Positions 38,289 to 51,392 of a stretch of DNA of 64,000 bases are shown piece by piece; within the stretch, counting starts at the first letter, position 1, and each line of letters opens with the position of its first letter. The notes beneath the pieces were generated by a model. The model saw only the letters and a program-made list of their open reading frames with translations. It was not told the DNA's origin and made no database searches. The translations under genes and the position numbers were made by a program. The stretch is from positions 28,830,001 to 28,894,000 of the forward strand of contig NC_134473.1 of assembly GCF_964194025.1 (NCBI RefSeq), given 5' to 3'. The stretch is from Convolutriloba macropyga. Lineage: Eukaryota.

Positions 38289-41085
38289 GCAGATTTCCTA
38301 ATTCTGCAGAAGCAATCAAAAATGCTCAATTTATTGAATACCTTTAAAAAAGATGCATTTATTAAATAACTTTCAACGCTTTTGGATAATTATAAAAAAG
38401 TCACCATTATCTAGTTTTCTGCCAAGCTGTCATACATAATTTTGAGCATAAATAATCAGAACGACTATGTTTCCAGCATGACTTTAAATCTAATAGACTG
38501 CCATTGCATTTTCATAAGACTCTACTGTAATCAGATGGCTCCCCCTTTCAACAGTTTGAAACAATTAAACCACATGGGACTACAACTGAAATTTTAGCAC
38601 ATTAGCATATTTCTCTTTTAAGAGTACTGCGCCCACCTATTTCTTTTGCTCCCATTAGGTTGTTTTCTCCATGACTTCGTAGTATTCGTAGAACAGACTT
38701 GTAAGCGATTTGACAAGAAAATTAGCGAATAAGGAAAACTATGGAACCTTCAATGTCTTTTGTTCACTGCTCACTATTTACAGCTTGGCCGAAAAAAATT
38801 AATCCTCCTTGTTTTAGAAACGATCAATTTCAAACAAAACTATAAAAAGCCGACAGCATTCAAAATTAAATGGAAACATTTGCACATTAGACTGGTGCTT
38901 TTTGGAATATCGAGTTATTAATGACTGAAGCAACGCGCCGATAGGCCGAGTAAAAGGAAGATTCAATAAAGGAACAGGAAAATGCGCGGCAAAGGAAGAT
39001 CCAACATACTCCACAAAAGAAAAACAAAAATGAATCAAGACATTGCAGCAAAAGTTGCGATCAGGAGAGGTGAAAAAACCAACTTACTTGAATGACTTAA
39101 AAGTTGATCCTTAATGCTGCCTTTCGATTCAAAAAACGTAATAACAACAAGGACGCTCGCTAATGTGCATACGCACATAACGTTCCGACCCCGCTCATCC
39201 ACATTCGTGACCTAATTGGCTACCCAGTGATGAAGAGCCAAAAAAAACTTTCACATACATACACATCGTTCAATAAAACAAAAATGGAGATACAAAAATG
39301 CCACGCTAGAGGGCGGATGAAAAAGGAGTAGCTAGAAAAGACAATAATCAAAATCCAAATCACAGACATTTACGACCAAAACTCAATGTCTATATTAAAA
39401 AAATGATAAAACGAAAAAAAAACTCGAATCAGATCACCAAAAGCAAATTAACCTATACTTCATTAGAAAAGTAATGGGACAGGGTAACAGGTCGACAAAA
39501 CGAGCAAAAGTACGCGAAGTTCAAAAATACGTCTCCATTATTGCAAACAATTATTTTCAAAGTAATTATTATCATTAGATATTAACTAGAATTAAATGGA
39601 AAAATTTGGACATTAGACTACTGTTCTGGAATACAGAAATATTAATGACTGAAGCAACGCCGATAGGGCGACTGAAAGGAAGATTCAATAAACGAACAGG
39701 AAAGTGCGCGGCATAGGAAGATCCAACATACTCCACAGAAGAAAAACAAAAATCAATCAAGACATTGCAGCAAAAGTTGCGATCAGGAAAGGTGAAAAAA
39801 ACTTACTTGTATGACTGGCAAAACAAAAAAAAGGTTCAGCTGGCAATTTTTTGAGACTTCTTCACCGTTCGATCAGATTGGTGCAATTTTCTCTGGAAAT
39901 TTTTTTCACTGCTTTTTCACTGGAAATACTGGTGCTTGAAATGTTCTTTTTGCTTGATAATGGCCTTGTTTCTGTCCTGTTTCATTTTTTAAATTCTTTT
40001 TTCACCACATTCAAAACTGTTCAAGCAATCTGACGTTTTTGGTATCCGGGTTGCAGAATATTTTGTCTCTGGGAATTTTGAATACTATTTTAATTAACTG
40101 CATCGAAATCACAACCTAAATTTAAAGCTCTTTATTCGGAGTTCTTGGTCAAAAAATGAATTAAAATACGAGACAATTTGTTTTATTTTTCAGTTTTGAT
40201 CAGTTACAAAGAATACATTTTTTAGCCTGTTGTGTTTTTTGAGCGTGAAAAACAGTAATAATCGTAGTCTGCAAAAAAGTTTTGCTGAAATATTCTTATT
40301 AACCTTTCCGCAAGATTTATTTAACACTTAACATGGGAAAACAAGAATTTCAGAATTAAATTCAAGATCAGAAAAAGAAAATAAGCTATTTTTTTGCTCA
40401 ACTTATCATTTACAATGCCTAATTCACGAATAACAAAAAGAAAGATATTTAACTTACAAGGTCTTCATGAACCATCACTGACCTCATATGTAAACTTAGT
40501 TGTCGAAAATCTCAAAATGACAACAAAGCTGCACATAATCTCAAAAACTTGTTCTTTTAACTTGAAAATAAAACCAGCCCATCGGATTGAGCAGAATTAA
40601 TACTTATAGACTATTAAATTTCGCCTCTGAATTCAACCCAATCGCACTCAAGATTTCACTTCTAATCCCGCCTCGAATCAAGTCAAAAAAAATTGTGTAA
40701 AACGCAGCTCATCAGAAACGTCTAGCAAAACCACTCCCCAAAAACACTTCGTAAAGAACTTTTACTGCTCCGAGCAGGCAATAAAAGCAGTGTGATTTCC
40801 AACCTCCAAAAAACCTGTAAAATTTCAAAGGAAAAAACTACTTTTCATTACATTAAATATCAACAGCTATTCAAAAAAAATTAATATACTAAACTTTTGA
40901 TTAAAATTTTAATTTAATGCACGGAGAGCTGCATAACAAGAAAGCTTTTAAAAAATAGAACAAACGACCAAAGATACCAACTACCTTTAATTTTCGCAAA
41001 GAACCTTAAAAATCTTCAAGACAAATTCAGCAAAAAACGCAAATTGAAAACACTGAAATTTATCAAACTGATTTTGAAAGCTTGC

Positions 41086-41120
<35 letters not shown>

Positions 41121-43991
41121 AAGAGAAAAAACAAAAATTTGACAAAAAACTGGCGGAAAAATGAAAACAAAATAACATAAAAATAGTTGCTATGTTGTAA
41201 AGTTACCGAAAAACTAATTTTTTTGCTGGAGTACCGAAGATTTAACTGTTCTGGCATCTTTTTGCAAAAAAAAAAACAAACTTTCCTAACTTCAAAAACT
41301 AACCACTTGTTGCTACAACTGACAAAGACTCAAAACTAAGAACCACCACAACAGCGGTTCGTCATATAGGAGACAAACAGAGAACTTATTATAGAAAATG
41401 TACAAAAAAATTTTTAAAAATCTGCAGTCTTTTTGAGACATTTTTCCGGTTTTTTAAAAAAATTCTTAAAAACAATTATTGTGTTGCTAAAAGCAAACTA
41501 AGAAACCACCTGAAAAGTCAGAAGTTTAGCCCAAAAACATAAATGATGACAAAGGCCGGAAAACACTAATAATGTCAAAATTGGAAAAAATTGAAAAAAA
41601 ACGCAAATTAACTATTTGTCTTTCAAAGTTACCAATCACAAATATATATATATATACACCTGGAGAAGAATTGATCTCAAAACCTCTACAAAAATAACTC
41701 TTCGGATTTAATCCGTAGAGTCAACCTTTTTAATGGAACCACCCACCATTCTCTTTCTACAATGCGTAGAACAATTTTCGATTTTGGCTGGAGAAAGTCA
41801 GCCCGCAATGAAGTTCGTTAAATTTTTGTTGAAAATGTTGGAACAACTAGTGTCATAAAGCAGTTTAATCGGCTCAATTTCTGACAGTACGCACTCTTGA
41901 TAGTCTTGATTTATCACCTGAAACATTTCAGTTAAGCTGTAGTTCAGTTACTGGATATTTGACAGTATTGTATCAATTTGTTCGTGTTCTATAAGGCATA
42001 AAAGATTACGAATATTTGTATAGATTTAAAAAAGATCGAAAAATTACTAATCAAAACCATATGCGAAGCAGCGACTGCTTCAAAGTGCACTCTTTTATGG
42101 CAATGTTACTCAGAGCATTTAATACAGTTAACTGATATGAAGCATAAAATTTTACACGTTCACCAAAAAGTTGATCCTTAATGCTGCCTTTAGATTCAAC
42201 AAAACGTAATTACAACAAGAAGGACGCTCGCTAATGTGCATACGCACATAACGTTCGACCCCGCTCATCCACATTCTTGACTTATTTGGCTACCCAGTGA
42301 TGAAGAGCCAAAAAACTTTCACATACATACACATCGTTAAATAAAACAAAAATGGAGATACAAAAATGCCACGCTAGAGGGCGGATGAAAAATGTTAATA
42401 GGAGTGGTTAGAAAAGACAATAATCAAAATCCAAATCACAGACATTTACGACCAAAACTCAATGTCTACATTAAAAAAATGATAAAACGAAAAAAAACTC
42501 GAATCAGATCACCAAAAGCAAATTAACCTATACTTCATTATAAAAGTAATGGGACAGGGTAACAGGTCGACAAAACGAGCAAAAGTACGCGAAGTTCAAT
42601 AATACGTCTCCATTATTGCAAACAATTATTTTCAAAGTAATTATTATCATTAGATATTAACTAGAATTAAATGGAAAAATTTGTACATTAGACTACTGTT
42701 TTGGAATACCGAGTTATTAATGACTGAAGCAACGCCGATAGGGCGACTGAAAGGAAGATTCAATAAAGGAACAGGAAAGTGCGCGGCATAGGAAGATCCA
42801 ACATACTCCACAAAAGAAAAACAAAAATGAATCAAGACATTGCAGCAAAAGTTGCGATCAGGAAAAGGAAAAAAAAACTTACTTGTATGACTGGCAAAAC
42901 ATAAAAAAGGTTCAGCTGGCAATTTTTTGAGATTTCTTCACCGTTCGATCAGATTGGTGCAATTTTCTTCAATATAGTGAATGCGTGTTAAGCTTTTTCA
43001 CTGGAAATACTGGTGCTTGAAAGGTTCTTTTTGCTTGATAATGGCCTTGTTTCTGTCCTGTTTCATTTTTTAAATTCTTTTTTCACCACATTCAAAACTG
43101 TTCAAATGATCTGACGTTTTTGGTATCCGGGTGTCAGAAAATTTTGTCTCAGGGAATTTTGAATACTGCATCGAAATCACAACCTAAATTAAAAGCTCTT
43201 TATTCGGAGTTCTTGGTCAAAAAATGAATTAAAATACGAGACAATGTTTTATTTTTCAGTTTTGATCAGTTACAAAGAATACATTTTTTAGCCTGTTGTG
43301 TTTTTGAGCGTGAAAAACAGTAATCATCGTAGTCTGCCAAAAAGTTTTGCTGAAATATTCTTATTAACCTTTCCGCAAGATTTATTTAACACTTAACATG
43401 GGAAAACAAGAATTTCAGAATTAAATTCAAGATCAGAAAAAGAAAATAAGCTATTTTTTTGCTCAACTTATCATTTACAATGCCTAATTCACGAATAACA
43501 AAAAGAAAGATATTTAACTTACAAGGTCTTCATGAACCATCACTGACCTCATATGTAAACTTAGTTGTCGAAAATCTCAAAATGACAACAAAGCTGCACA
43601 TAATCTCAAAAACCTGTTCTTTTAACTTGAAAATAAAACCAGCCCATCGGATTGAGCAGAATTAATACTTATAGACTATTAAATTTCGCCTCTGAATTCA
43701 ACCCAATCGCACTCAAGATTTCACTTCTAATCCCGCCTCGAAGCAAGTCAAAAAAAATTGTGTAAAACGCAGCTCATCAGAAACGTCTAGCATAACTCCC
43801 CAAAAACACTTCGTAAAGAACTTTTACTGCTCCAACCAAGCAATAAAAGCGGTGCGATTTCCAACCTCCAAACAACCTGTAAATTTTCAAAGGAAAAAAC
43901 TAATTTCCATAACATTAAATATCAACAGCTATTCAAAAAAACTATAGAATCTACTAAATTTTTGAACAAAATTTTGTTTCAATTCACGGAG

Positions 43992-44772
43992 TGTAACGGC
44001 TGCTCTCCTTGTGTTTCACAAAGAAAGTTTTACATCGCCCAGTTCGTTCTGAGTGGTTACAAAATCTGTCCGGATACTTCGTTTATGCAGTTCGCTTTTG
44101 TAACTGTATATCCGCTCTGCTGTACTTACCGTTCATTAACTATTTTAGTTCGTAAATATTCGCTGATCTTAGTTTTTTCAACTATCAATTTGAACTGGAT
44201 TGCTACAGATCACACAATACGGGATCTCTTATGTATACCAGTTCAATCCGATAGAAAAAACAAATCGAAGACAAAGATATATGTCTAAGACCTGTTTGTG
44301 CAAAAATATTTAAATTTAAACCTAAGTTGGCTTTTGCTGTTTGTACTCACAAGTTGAGAATACCAGAAGTTGGGGTTGTAACAGTTGAATTTCAGCTCCA
44401 ATAATTCGTTGATGCAAGACACAGTAACAGAATTTACCGCTCAAGAATAATATTTTGAATACAAGACACAGTAACAATTTACTGCTCAGGAATATTTCTA
44501 GTTCAAGACACAGTAACACGTTATTTACTGCTCAAGACAATTTGTTTTGCAATATTTTGCTGAGTTATACTTTCAGCCGTTTTCTGCGGCTACTACGTTG
44601 CGTTCTGTGTGTTGCTTTTTTGTTATTTCCCCCTTTTTCTCTTTTTTCTCACGTGACAAACTGTAACTAGAACTAGAACTATAACTATTAAATGACTAAG
44701 ACAACAGAAAGTGTTTTGTTTCTATTTTCCCCAACTACGCAAGCTTGTTATTCCTTAATCTCAGCTCCAACA
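43992..44772 (-). repeat. BEL/Pao 3' LTR (781 bp)
   Basis: Direct repeat of 50391-51170. The integrase stop codon (44748) falls inside it. Confidence 0.95.
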
Positions 44773-47700
44773 TCGCCGGCCCTGTTTTCCTTCGTGAAAA
44801 CATCATCGTCAGTTGGAAGTACTGGAGCGAGCTTCACTACGGGCCTCTTGTAGTATCCATCTTTTGTTCGGATTTTCGCTGATCGAATCACTCCGTCGAA
44901 ACCTTCAAATGTCTCGGCTATTCGACCCAAGTTGTAATATCCGCGTTTGTCACTGTCTTCCACTAACCACACAAGATCACCCTGCTGAAGACTTCTGTCC
45001 GTTGTGGTCTGCCATTTCTTTCGTCTATTCAACGTTGGCAAGTATTCTTTACGGAATCTGTCCCAGATGAGGTCTGCGTAAGCTTGTGTTTGTCGGAAGA
45101 TCTTTCTATGATCAACAAATTGCTCTGCACCTGATAGATACGGTAAACAAAGGTTCTTGTTGCCAAGTAGGAAATGGTTTGGAGTAATAGCTTCTAAATC
45201 GGTAGCATCAAAACTGACTTGTGTCAGCGGTCTAGCATTCAGCGTCTGTTCAACAAGACACATCGTGGTTGACAGAACATCCTCCGTGACTGATCGATTG
45301 CCCAGCACTGCGTACATTGCCTTCTTGCAACTCCTAACCAGTCTTTCCCACACTCCTCCAGAGAGTGTGGTGCTGCAGGTGGGTTGAACTTCCATCTGAT
45401 ACCCTGTTGAATCAGATGTTCTTCAATTCGAACCTTGTTCCATGCTGCTATATACTCTGCCAGTTCTTTTTCAGCTCCAACGAAGTTTGTCCCGTTATCG
45501 CTAATCATTTTGACCGGTTTGCCTCTTCGTGCAATGAATCGCATAATTGCGTTCAGACAACAATCAGTGTCTAGTTTTGGTACAATCTCTATGTGTACCG
45601 CTCGTACAGTAAGGCATGTGAATAGACAGCACCAACGCTTTTCATTTCTTCGACCAATCTTTACTGTGAATGGTCCAAAACAGTCTACGCCCACATTCGA
45701 AAATACTGTTGATGCGACTAATCGTTCTTCAGGTAGATCTGCCATTACTGGTGCCTTTGTTTGGGCTCTTCCCTTTCGACATCTAATGCATTTGTTTTTG
45801 ATCGATCTCAAAGCATTTCGTATGCCTAGGATCCAGAATTTCTGCTGAACTATGTTTCTGACATGTTCAGTACCTTCGTGATGATTATTCTTATGTTCCT
45901 TTTGCAAGAATAATTCAATTACATGGTGCTTCCAATGTGACAGTATTGGATGCTTCGTTTCCAAGCTCAATTGACTTTTACCTATTCTGCCTTGGGCACG
46001 AATAAGTCCTTGCTGGTCTATGAAGGGTGAAAACTGGAGGATTTTGCTGTTTTTTGGAATTTGCTTTTCAGCCTTTCTTCAACACTTAGTGTTTTTGTTG
46101 CTGGTTTGTGTTTTATAAATACGCGCTGTACGTATGCCATTGTATTTACTAGTCGATTGAAACTGCTAAATCGTTCCCACTGAATCATCGGCTTCTTCTC
46201 TTCAACGTTTGCTGAGAAGACCATTTCGTCGTTTTGTTCGTCTGAAGCAAACGTTAAATTCAACTGTTCAGGCCATTCGTTCTCTCGTTGCTTCAACCAG
46301 GCCGGCCCAGTGAGCCATTCACTTCTCTTAAGTTCGTCAACATTGATCGCTCGTGTCCCGATGTCAGCTGGATTGTTAATACCACTCACATGATTCCACT
46401 GTGAAACATTAGTTGTATCCAAAATCTCAGCCACTCTGTTTGCAACAAACACCTGTTGCTTGCGGTGGGAGCTATGAATCCATTGCAGAACAGTAGTGGA
46501 GTCTGTCCAAAAGTTGCAACTCTGAATCTTCGATTCGTGTTCCTCCACTATCTGTTCTTTAAGTCTCACCGCCATCACTGCTGCTTGTAATTCTAAGCGT
46601 GGTATGGAAAGGTGTCGCATTGGTGCAACTCTGTACTTTCCGATTACAAATGCTAAGTCTGCTGAGTATTCTTTGGGCTTTGAACGTAGGTATGCCACTG
46701 CGCACATTGTATCTTCAGATGCGTCGGCAAACACATGAAGTTCCCATTTGTCCTTGGCTGTGCTGAAGTATCTTCTATCAATGCTGGTTTCTGCTACTTC
46801 TGGAAGCTGCGCCTTCCACTTCAGAAACTCTTCTTCTTCGTTAGGTTCTACTGAGTTGTCCCAATGTTGTCCATTTTTGGTCCAGATGCTCTTCAGGAGT
46901 CGTCTCATATGGACACTGAATGGTGCAAACAGTCCAAGAGGATCAAACACTGAAGAAACTAGAGATAAGATCTTCCTTTGGGTGATTGGGGTCTCAACTT
47001 CTTTGCTTGTACCTCTACAAACCTGTAGACTATCATCGGTAATCGTCCACTGAAGCCCAAGCACCGATGACCCTTCCTGGCTGGGCTCTACTTCAACCTG
47101 CTTTGTTTTGCAGATTGATCTTAAGTCCTCTGGGATTGTGTTGGTTACCACGTCGCTGTTGGTGATCCACTTCTTCAGTTCAAATCCATGTTTTGAGAGA
47201 AGAGGTTGCAGTTGTTTAAATACCTTGATTGCTTCTTCAGGTGTTTCCACTGACTTGATGAAATCGTCCATGTAGAAGTTATTTTGGATTGTTTTCGCTG
47301 CAATTGGGAACTCGTCCTCGTTATCGATGGCTACTCGCTCCAAACACGGCGAACTTTACCCGGTTTGTTGGGGTTTAGTACTGGATGGTGTGGCAAATAC
47401 CATTCCTTTCCGAAAGTGCCTTTGACTTCCGATTTACCAAGGATCTTCACAAATCCCTTTTCAATATCTGTATCAATTGACTAATGATACAATTCTTTTA
47501 AATTTGGGTCTCGTTGGAACCTTCGTTCCAGTGAGTAGAGCTGACCAAGGGCCGAGCCGTAGTTGTTTGGGAGATTGGGTTCTGGTTCACTCCAGAGCAT
47601 GCCCACTTCGTACCGCTCGCCTGTAAACTTTGTCGTGCTCTCTAGAAATTTCTGAGCTTGCTGCTCTTTCTTTGATTGACTTACAACATTTATTTTGGAA

Positions 47701-50171
47701 GCATAGGTTTCTATGTCCCACCATGATTGTATATTTTCGGCCACTTTCACATCTTCTGTGGAGGCGAAATGACAAACATTTTGACTTTTCTTGCCTGTCA
47801 TGGGACCACTGACTACCCATCTTAATTCTGTTAAGACAGCGAAAGGCTCACTTCGTGTTCCAATCTTATAGTCCAATGGACGTTGAATTTCGTAGGCATC
47901 TTGTCCAAGTATGAGGCCTACTTCCATCAGGTTGAATGTTCTGTTAGTGAGAACGTTCAGGTGTCTGAATTTGTTCTTCAGTTCCTTGTAGTCATATGTT
48001 GTGTTTCCCAGCGAGATTGATGGGTGTGCAAACGCTTCAATTGAATGCACCTTTGAATGTAGTCCCTTTATTGTGATAGGAACCTTCTCTGTCCTCAAAT
48101 CTTGCGTCCCATGTATGCCAGCTATGTTCAAGGTAACGTCCGTGCCTTTGGCTTGTAGTTGATTCTTGACTTTTTGGTCGATGAATGAAACTGTTGACCC
48201 ACTATCGAGGAAAGCATAGGTAGTCAGCCTGTTACCACCACTCTTAACCGATACAGGAACTATTTGAAGAAAACTAGTAACTTGGTTACTCTGGTTGATT
48301 GTTGCTGCGCTTACGTTAACTGCGTGACTACCCTCGTCCATTCGGTTTTCTGAGTGTAGCAGTCTGTTGTGCTTTTTGGTACATCCGTTTATACCGCACA
48401 ATTTGACTTTGCAATCTTTGATTGCATGTCCTCTTCCCAGACATCCATAACATAAGCGTTCTCTCCTCACTGCCACCTATCGATCATTCACACTCATGTT
48501 TTTGAATGATGGACACTTCCAAATTTTATGAGTGCCATCGGCTAATGGACAGTGATCGCTTTGCGTCTGCTTGGTTTCTTGCAGGTTCGAACTTGCACTG
48601 AAGTTCGATGTCTTCGAGAATTTTTTTTCTCTATTTGCGTTGCGTCGGTCTTCTTCTTTGCGTTCCCCTGTAAACGCTGAAAACCCTTCATGCACGAATG
48701 CCATTCGTGATAGCCATTTTTCAAACATGATTAGATCAGGCCAGTCCTCGTCTTTGTCATCGACGTAGAACCACCATTTTTCTTTAAGAACCTGTGGTAG
48801 CTTATCGACTGCCATGTACAATGTCGAACTTGATTGCAAATCACCAATATGTTTGTACTCTTTGAGCACGTTCACGAAGTTAGATACAATAACAGAAAAA
48901 TTAATCAGGCTGGTTGAAGCATGAGGTTTCACTTGATTAGCTTTTCGTAGGCTCTCGAGCTGCGCATCTATAATTACATGCGGTCTTCCAAATTTTCTTT
49001 CTAAAATGTTCCAGGCAGCACTATAAAACTGTCCAGAATAGCCCATTCCCGAGATTGCAGATTTTGCTTTGCCTGTTAGCAGTGTCTTCAAATGGCTCAT
49101 TTTTTCTGAGTCGGGAATCGTGCGTTTATCTACTGTTGCTATGAACATGCTAGACCACTCAGGCCACTCCAGTGGGTTTCCGTCAAAATTGTTCAAGCTC
49201 AATTTTGGTAAACTACTGCTTGAATGTCCAGTGTTGTAGTGCCTTCCAGCTATCGGCGATATATCCCGCCCTTCAACACTTACTGAGCGTTCGCGAGAGT
49301 TTGGGTACCATGGGTAATGCCTCTGCTTATTCCGTTCAGGGCTGACGTCAAAGCGAGCTCTTGGTCGAATTGGCGTTCGCGTGTCGTTCATCGAATTCGC
49401 CCACTCCGAGACATCTCTCCCTTTTGGGGTCCAATTGAAAGGTGACTTGTCACGCGCCTTAGTCGATTGAGAACGTAAGTCATCTTTCTCCAATGCTGTT
49501 CTTTGCAATTGGCGCTCTAGTTCTCGCTCTTTTTCCCGAAGCTGATGTTGCATCTCCAGTTCTTTCATTTGCATTTCTAGATCCAACCTTTTTCGATCAA
49601 ATTGTGCTCGTTCGATTTGCAACTTTGCTTCAAATTCAATTTCAAATTCCTTCATTCGTTCTTCAACCCGACGTTTCACTGAAGATGTTTCCGAAGCGTT
49701 TTCTGTATCCTGGTTGATTGTCCGTGTAACCGTATTCGTCGTTGCATTGCTTGTGTTACCATGGTTTTGGTTAAACTCTGGAATTCCAACGTTTTGTTCT
49801 AATTGATGCACATTATTCGCAGGCGGTTGCTCTTCATTGGCATGAAGAGTTGACTGGCTTTGCTGGCTTGACATTTTTGTCTCTCCGTGGATATACGGTA
49901 ACCACTCTGCGTTCAAATATTGAAAGTATTTTTCTCTCTCAAGTCGGCGTTTTAAAGAAATATCTGGGTCTCGGAGAGTCTCAGCTTTCTTATTCACGAG
50001 TTTTTGAATGCTGTCGTCCAATTGCCGTATCTGCTGATAAAGAGTCTTGAGCTTGCTTGGTCGATCTCGATTATCAATGAGCTCAATACCTTCTTCCTGT
50101 TTCTCAATCCACTTGTTTCGCAAGTTGTTGATCTGGCGATCCAAAACGCTTTGACTCTGTGACGGAGTCAC
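44748..50171 (-). pseudogene. BEL/Pao gag-pol polyprotein, disrupted
   Basis: In-frame stops at 48477-48479 and 47481-47483, and frameshifts near 46075 and 45370. An RT deletion near 47343 joins GKVRRV directly to ERVAIDN. Confidence 0.9.
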
Positions 50172-50390
50172 TTCTTGTGTACTTCGGGACTGCAGCTTGA
50201 ACCTCTACAGCTCCTTTATTTGTTTGCTTTAATTTAGTTTTTGCTTTTCAACGTTCCTATTTGCTTTGCCTAATTGGCTTTGCGTTGTTGAATTGCCCGT
50301 TGAGTTTTGTTCTCGTTCGTCGATGACTTCGTCACTTCGACTGTTGGGTTGGACAGCTGTTTATTCCACTGTCCGCGTCGGCGGACCAAA

Positions 50391-51170
50391 TGTAACAGCT
50401 GCTCTCCTTGTGTTTCACAAAGAAAGTTTTACACCGCCCAGTTCGTTCTGAGTGGTTACAAAATCTGTCCGGATACTTCGTTTATGCAGTTCGCTTTTGT
50501 AACTGTATATCCGCTCTGCTGTACTTACCGTTGCATTAACTATTTTAGTTCGTAAATATTCGCTGATCTTAGTTTTTTCAACTATCAATTTGAACTGGAT
50601 TGCTACAGATCACACAATACGGGATCTCTTATGTATACCAGTTCAATCCGATAGAAAAAACAAATCGAAGACAAAGATATATGTCTAAGACCTGTTTGTG
50701 CAAAAATATTTAAATTTAAACCTAAGTTGGCTTTTGCTGTTTGTACTCACAAGTTGAGAATACCAGAAGTTGGGGTTGTAACAGTTGAATTTCAGCTCCA
50801 ATAATTCGTTGATGCAAGACACAGTAACAGAATTTACCGCTTAGGAATAATATTTTGAATACAAGACACAGTAACAATTTACTGCTCAGGAATATTTCTA
50901 GTTCAAGACACAGTAACACGTTATTTACTGCTCAAGACAATTTGTTTTGCAATATTTTGCTGAGTTATACTTTCAGCCGTTTTCTGCGGCTACTACGTTG
51001 CGTTCTGTGTGTTGCTTTTTTGTTATTTCCCCCTTTTTGTCTTTTTTCTCACGTGACAAACTGTAACTAGAACTAGAACTATAACTATTAAATGACTAAG
51101 ACAACAGAGTGTTTTGTTTCTATTTTCCCCAACTACGCAAGCTTGTTATTCCTTAATCTCAGCTCCAACA
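50391..51170 (-). repeat. BEL/Pao 5' LTR (780 bp)
   Basis: Direct repeat of 43992-44772, followed on the minus strand by TT-TGG (PBS). Confidence 0.95.
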
Positions 51171-51339
51171 CGGAGAGCTACATAATAAAAAAGCTTTTAA
51201 AAAATAGAAGAAACAGCCAAAGAAACCAACTCTAACTACCTTTAATTTTCGGAAAGAACCTTAAAAATCTTGAAGACAAATTCAGCAAAAACCGCAAATT
51301 GAAAACACTGAATTTATTTAACTGATTTTGAAAGCTTGC

Positions 51340-51343
<4 letters not shown>

Positions 51344-51391
<48 letters not shown>
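51344..51391. repeat. (GA)n microsatellite; a shorter paralogous tract lies at about 41090-41119
   Basis: Perfect GA dinucleotide run. Confidence 0.95.

Positions 51392-51392
<1 letters not shown>

Larger units (their letters stand above)
43992..51170 (-). mobile_element. BEL/Pao LTR retrotransposon, full-length with both LTRs and 5-bp TSD CGGAG; coding region defective
   Basis: LTRs 43992-44772 and 50391-51170 (TG...CA) differ by only a handful of changes. TSD at 43987-43991 and 51171-51175; PBS-like TGGTCCGCCGACGCGG at 50388-50373. Contains gag, a Cys/His knuckle, protease (AFLDSGS), RT (FYMDD), RNase H (FADAS, RLELQAA) and integrase (GVDCFGP, SDNGTNF, GGVWERLV). Confidence 0.97.

Noticed and set aside
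48474-48482. In-frame TAG between BEL gag and protease as programmed readthrough
   Set aside because: It falls within the Cys/His knuckle region at a probable Tyr codon, and the element has other lesions; a simple nonsense mutation is more likely.
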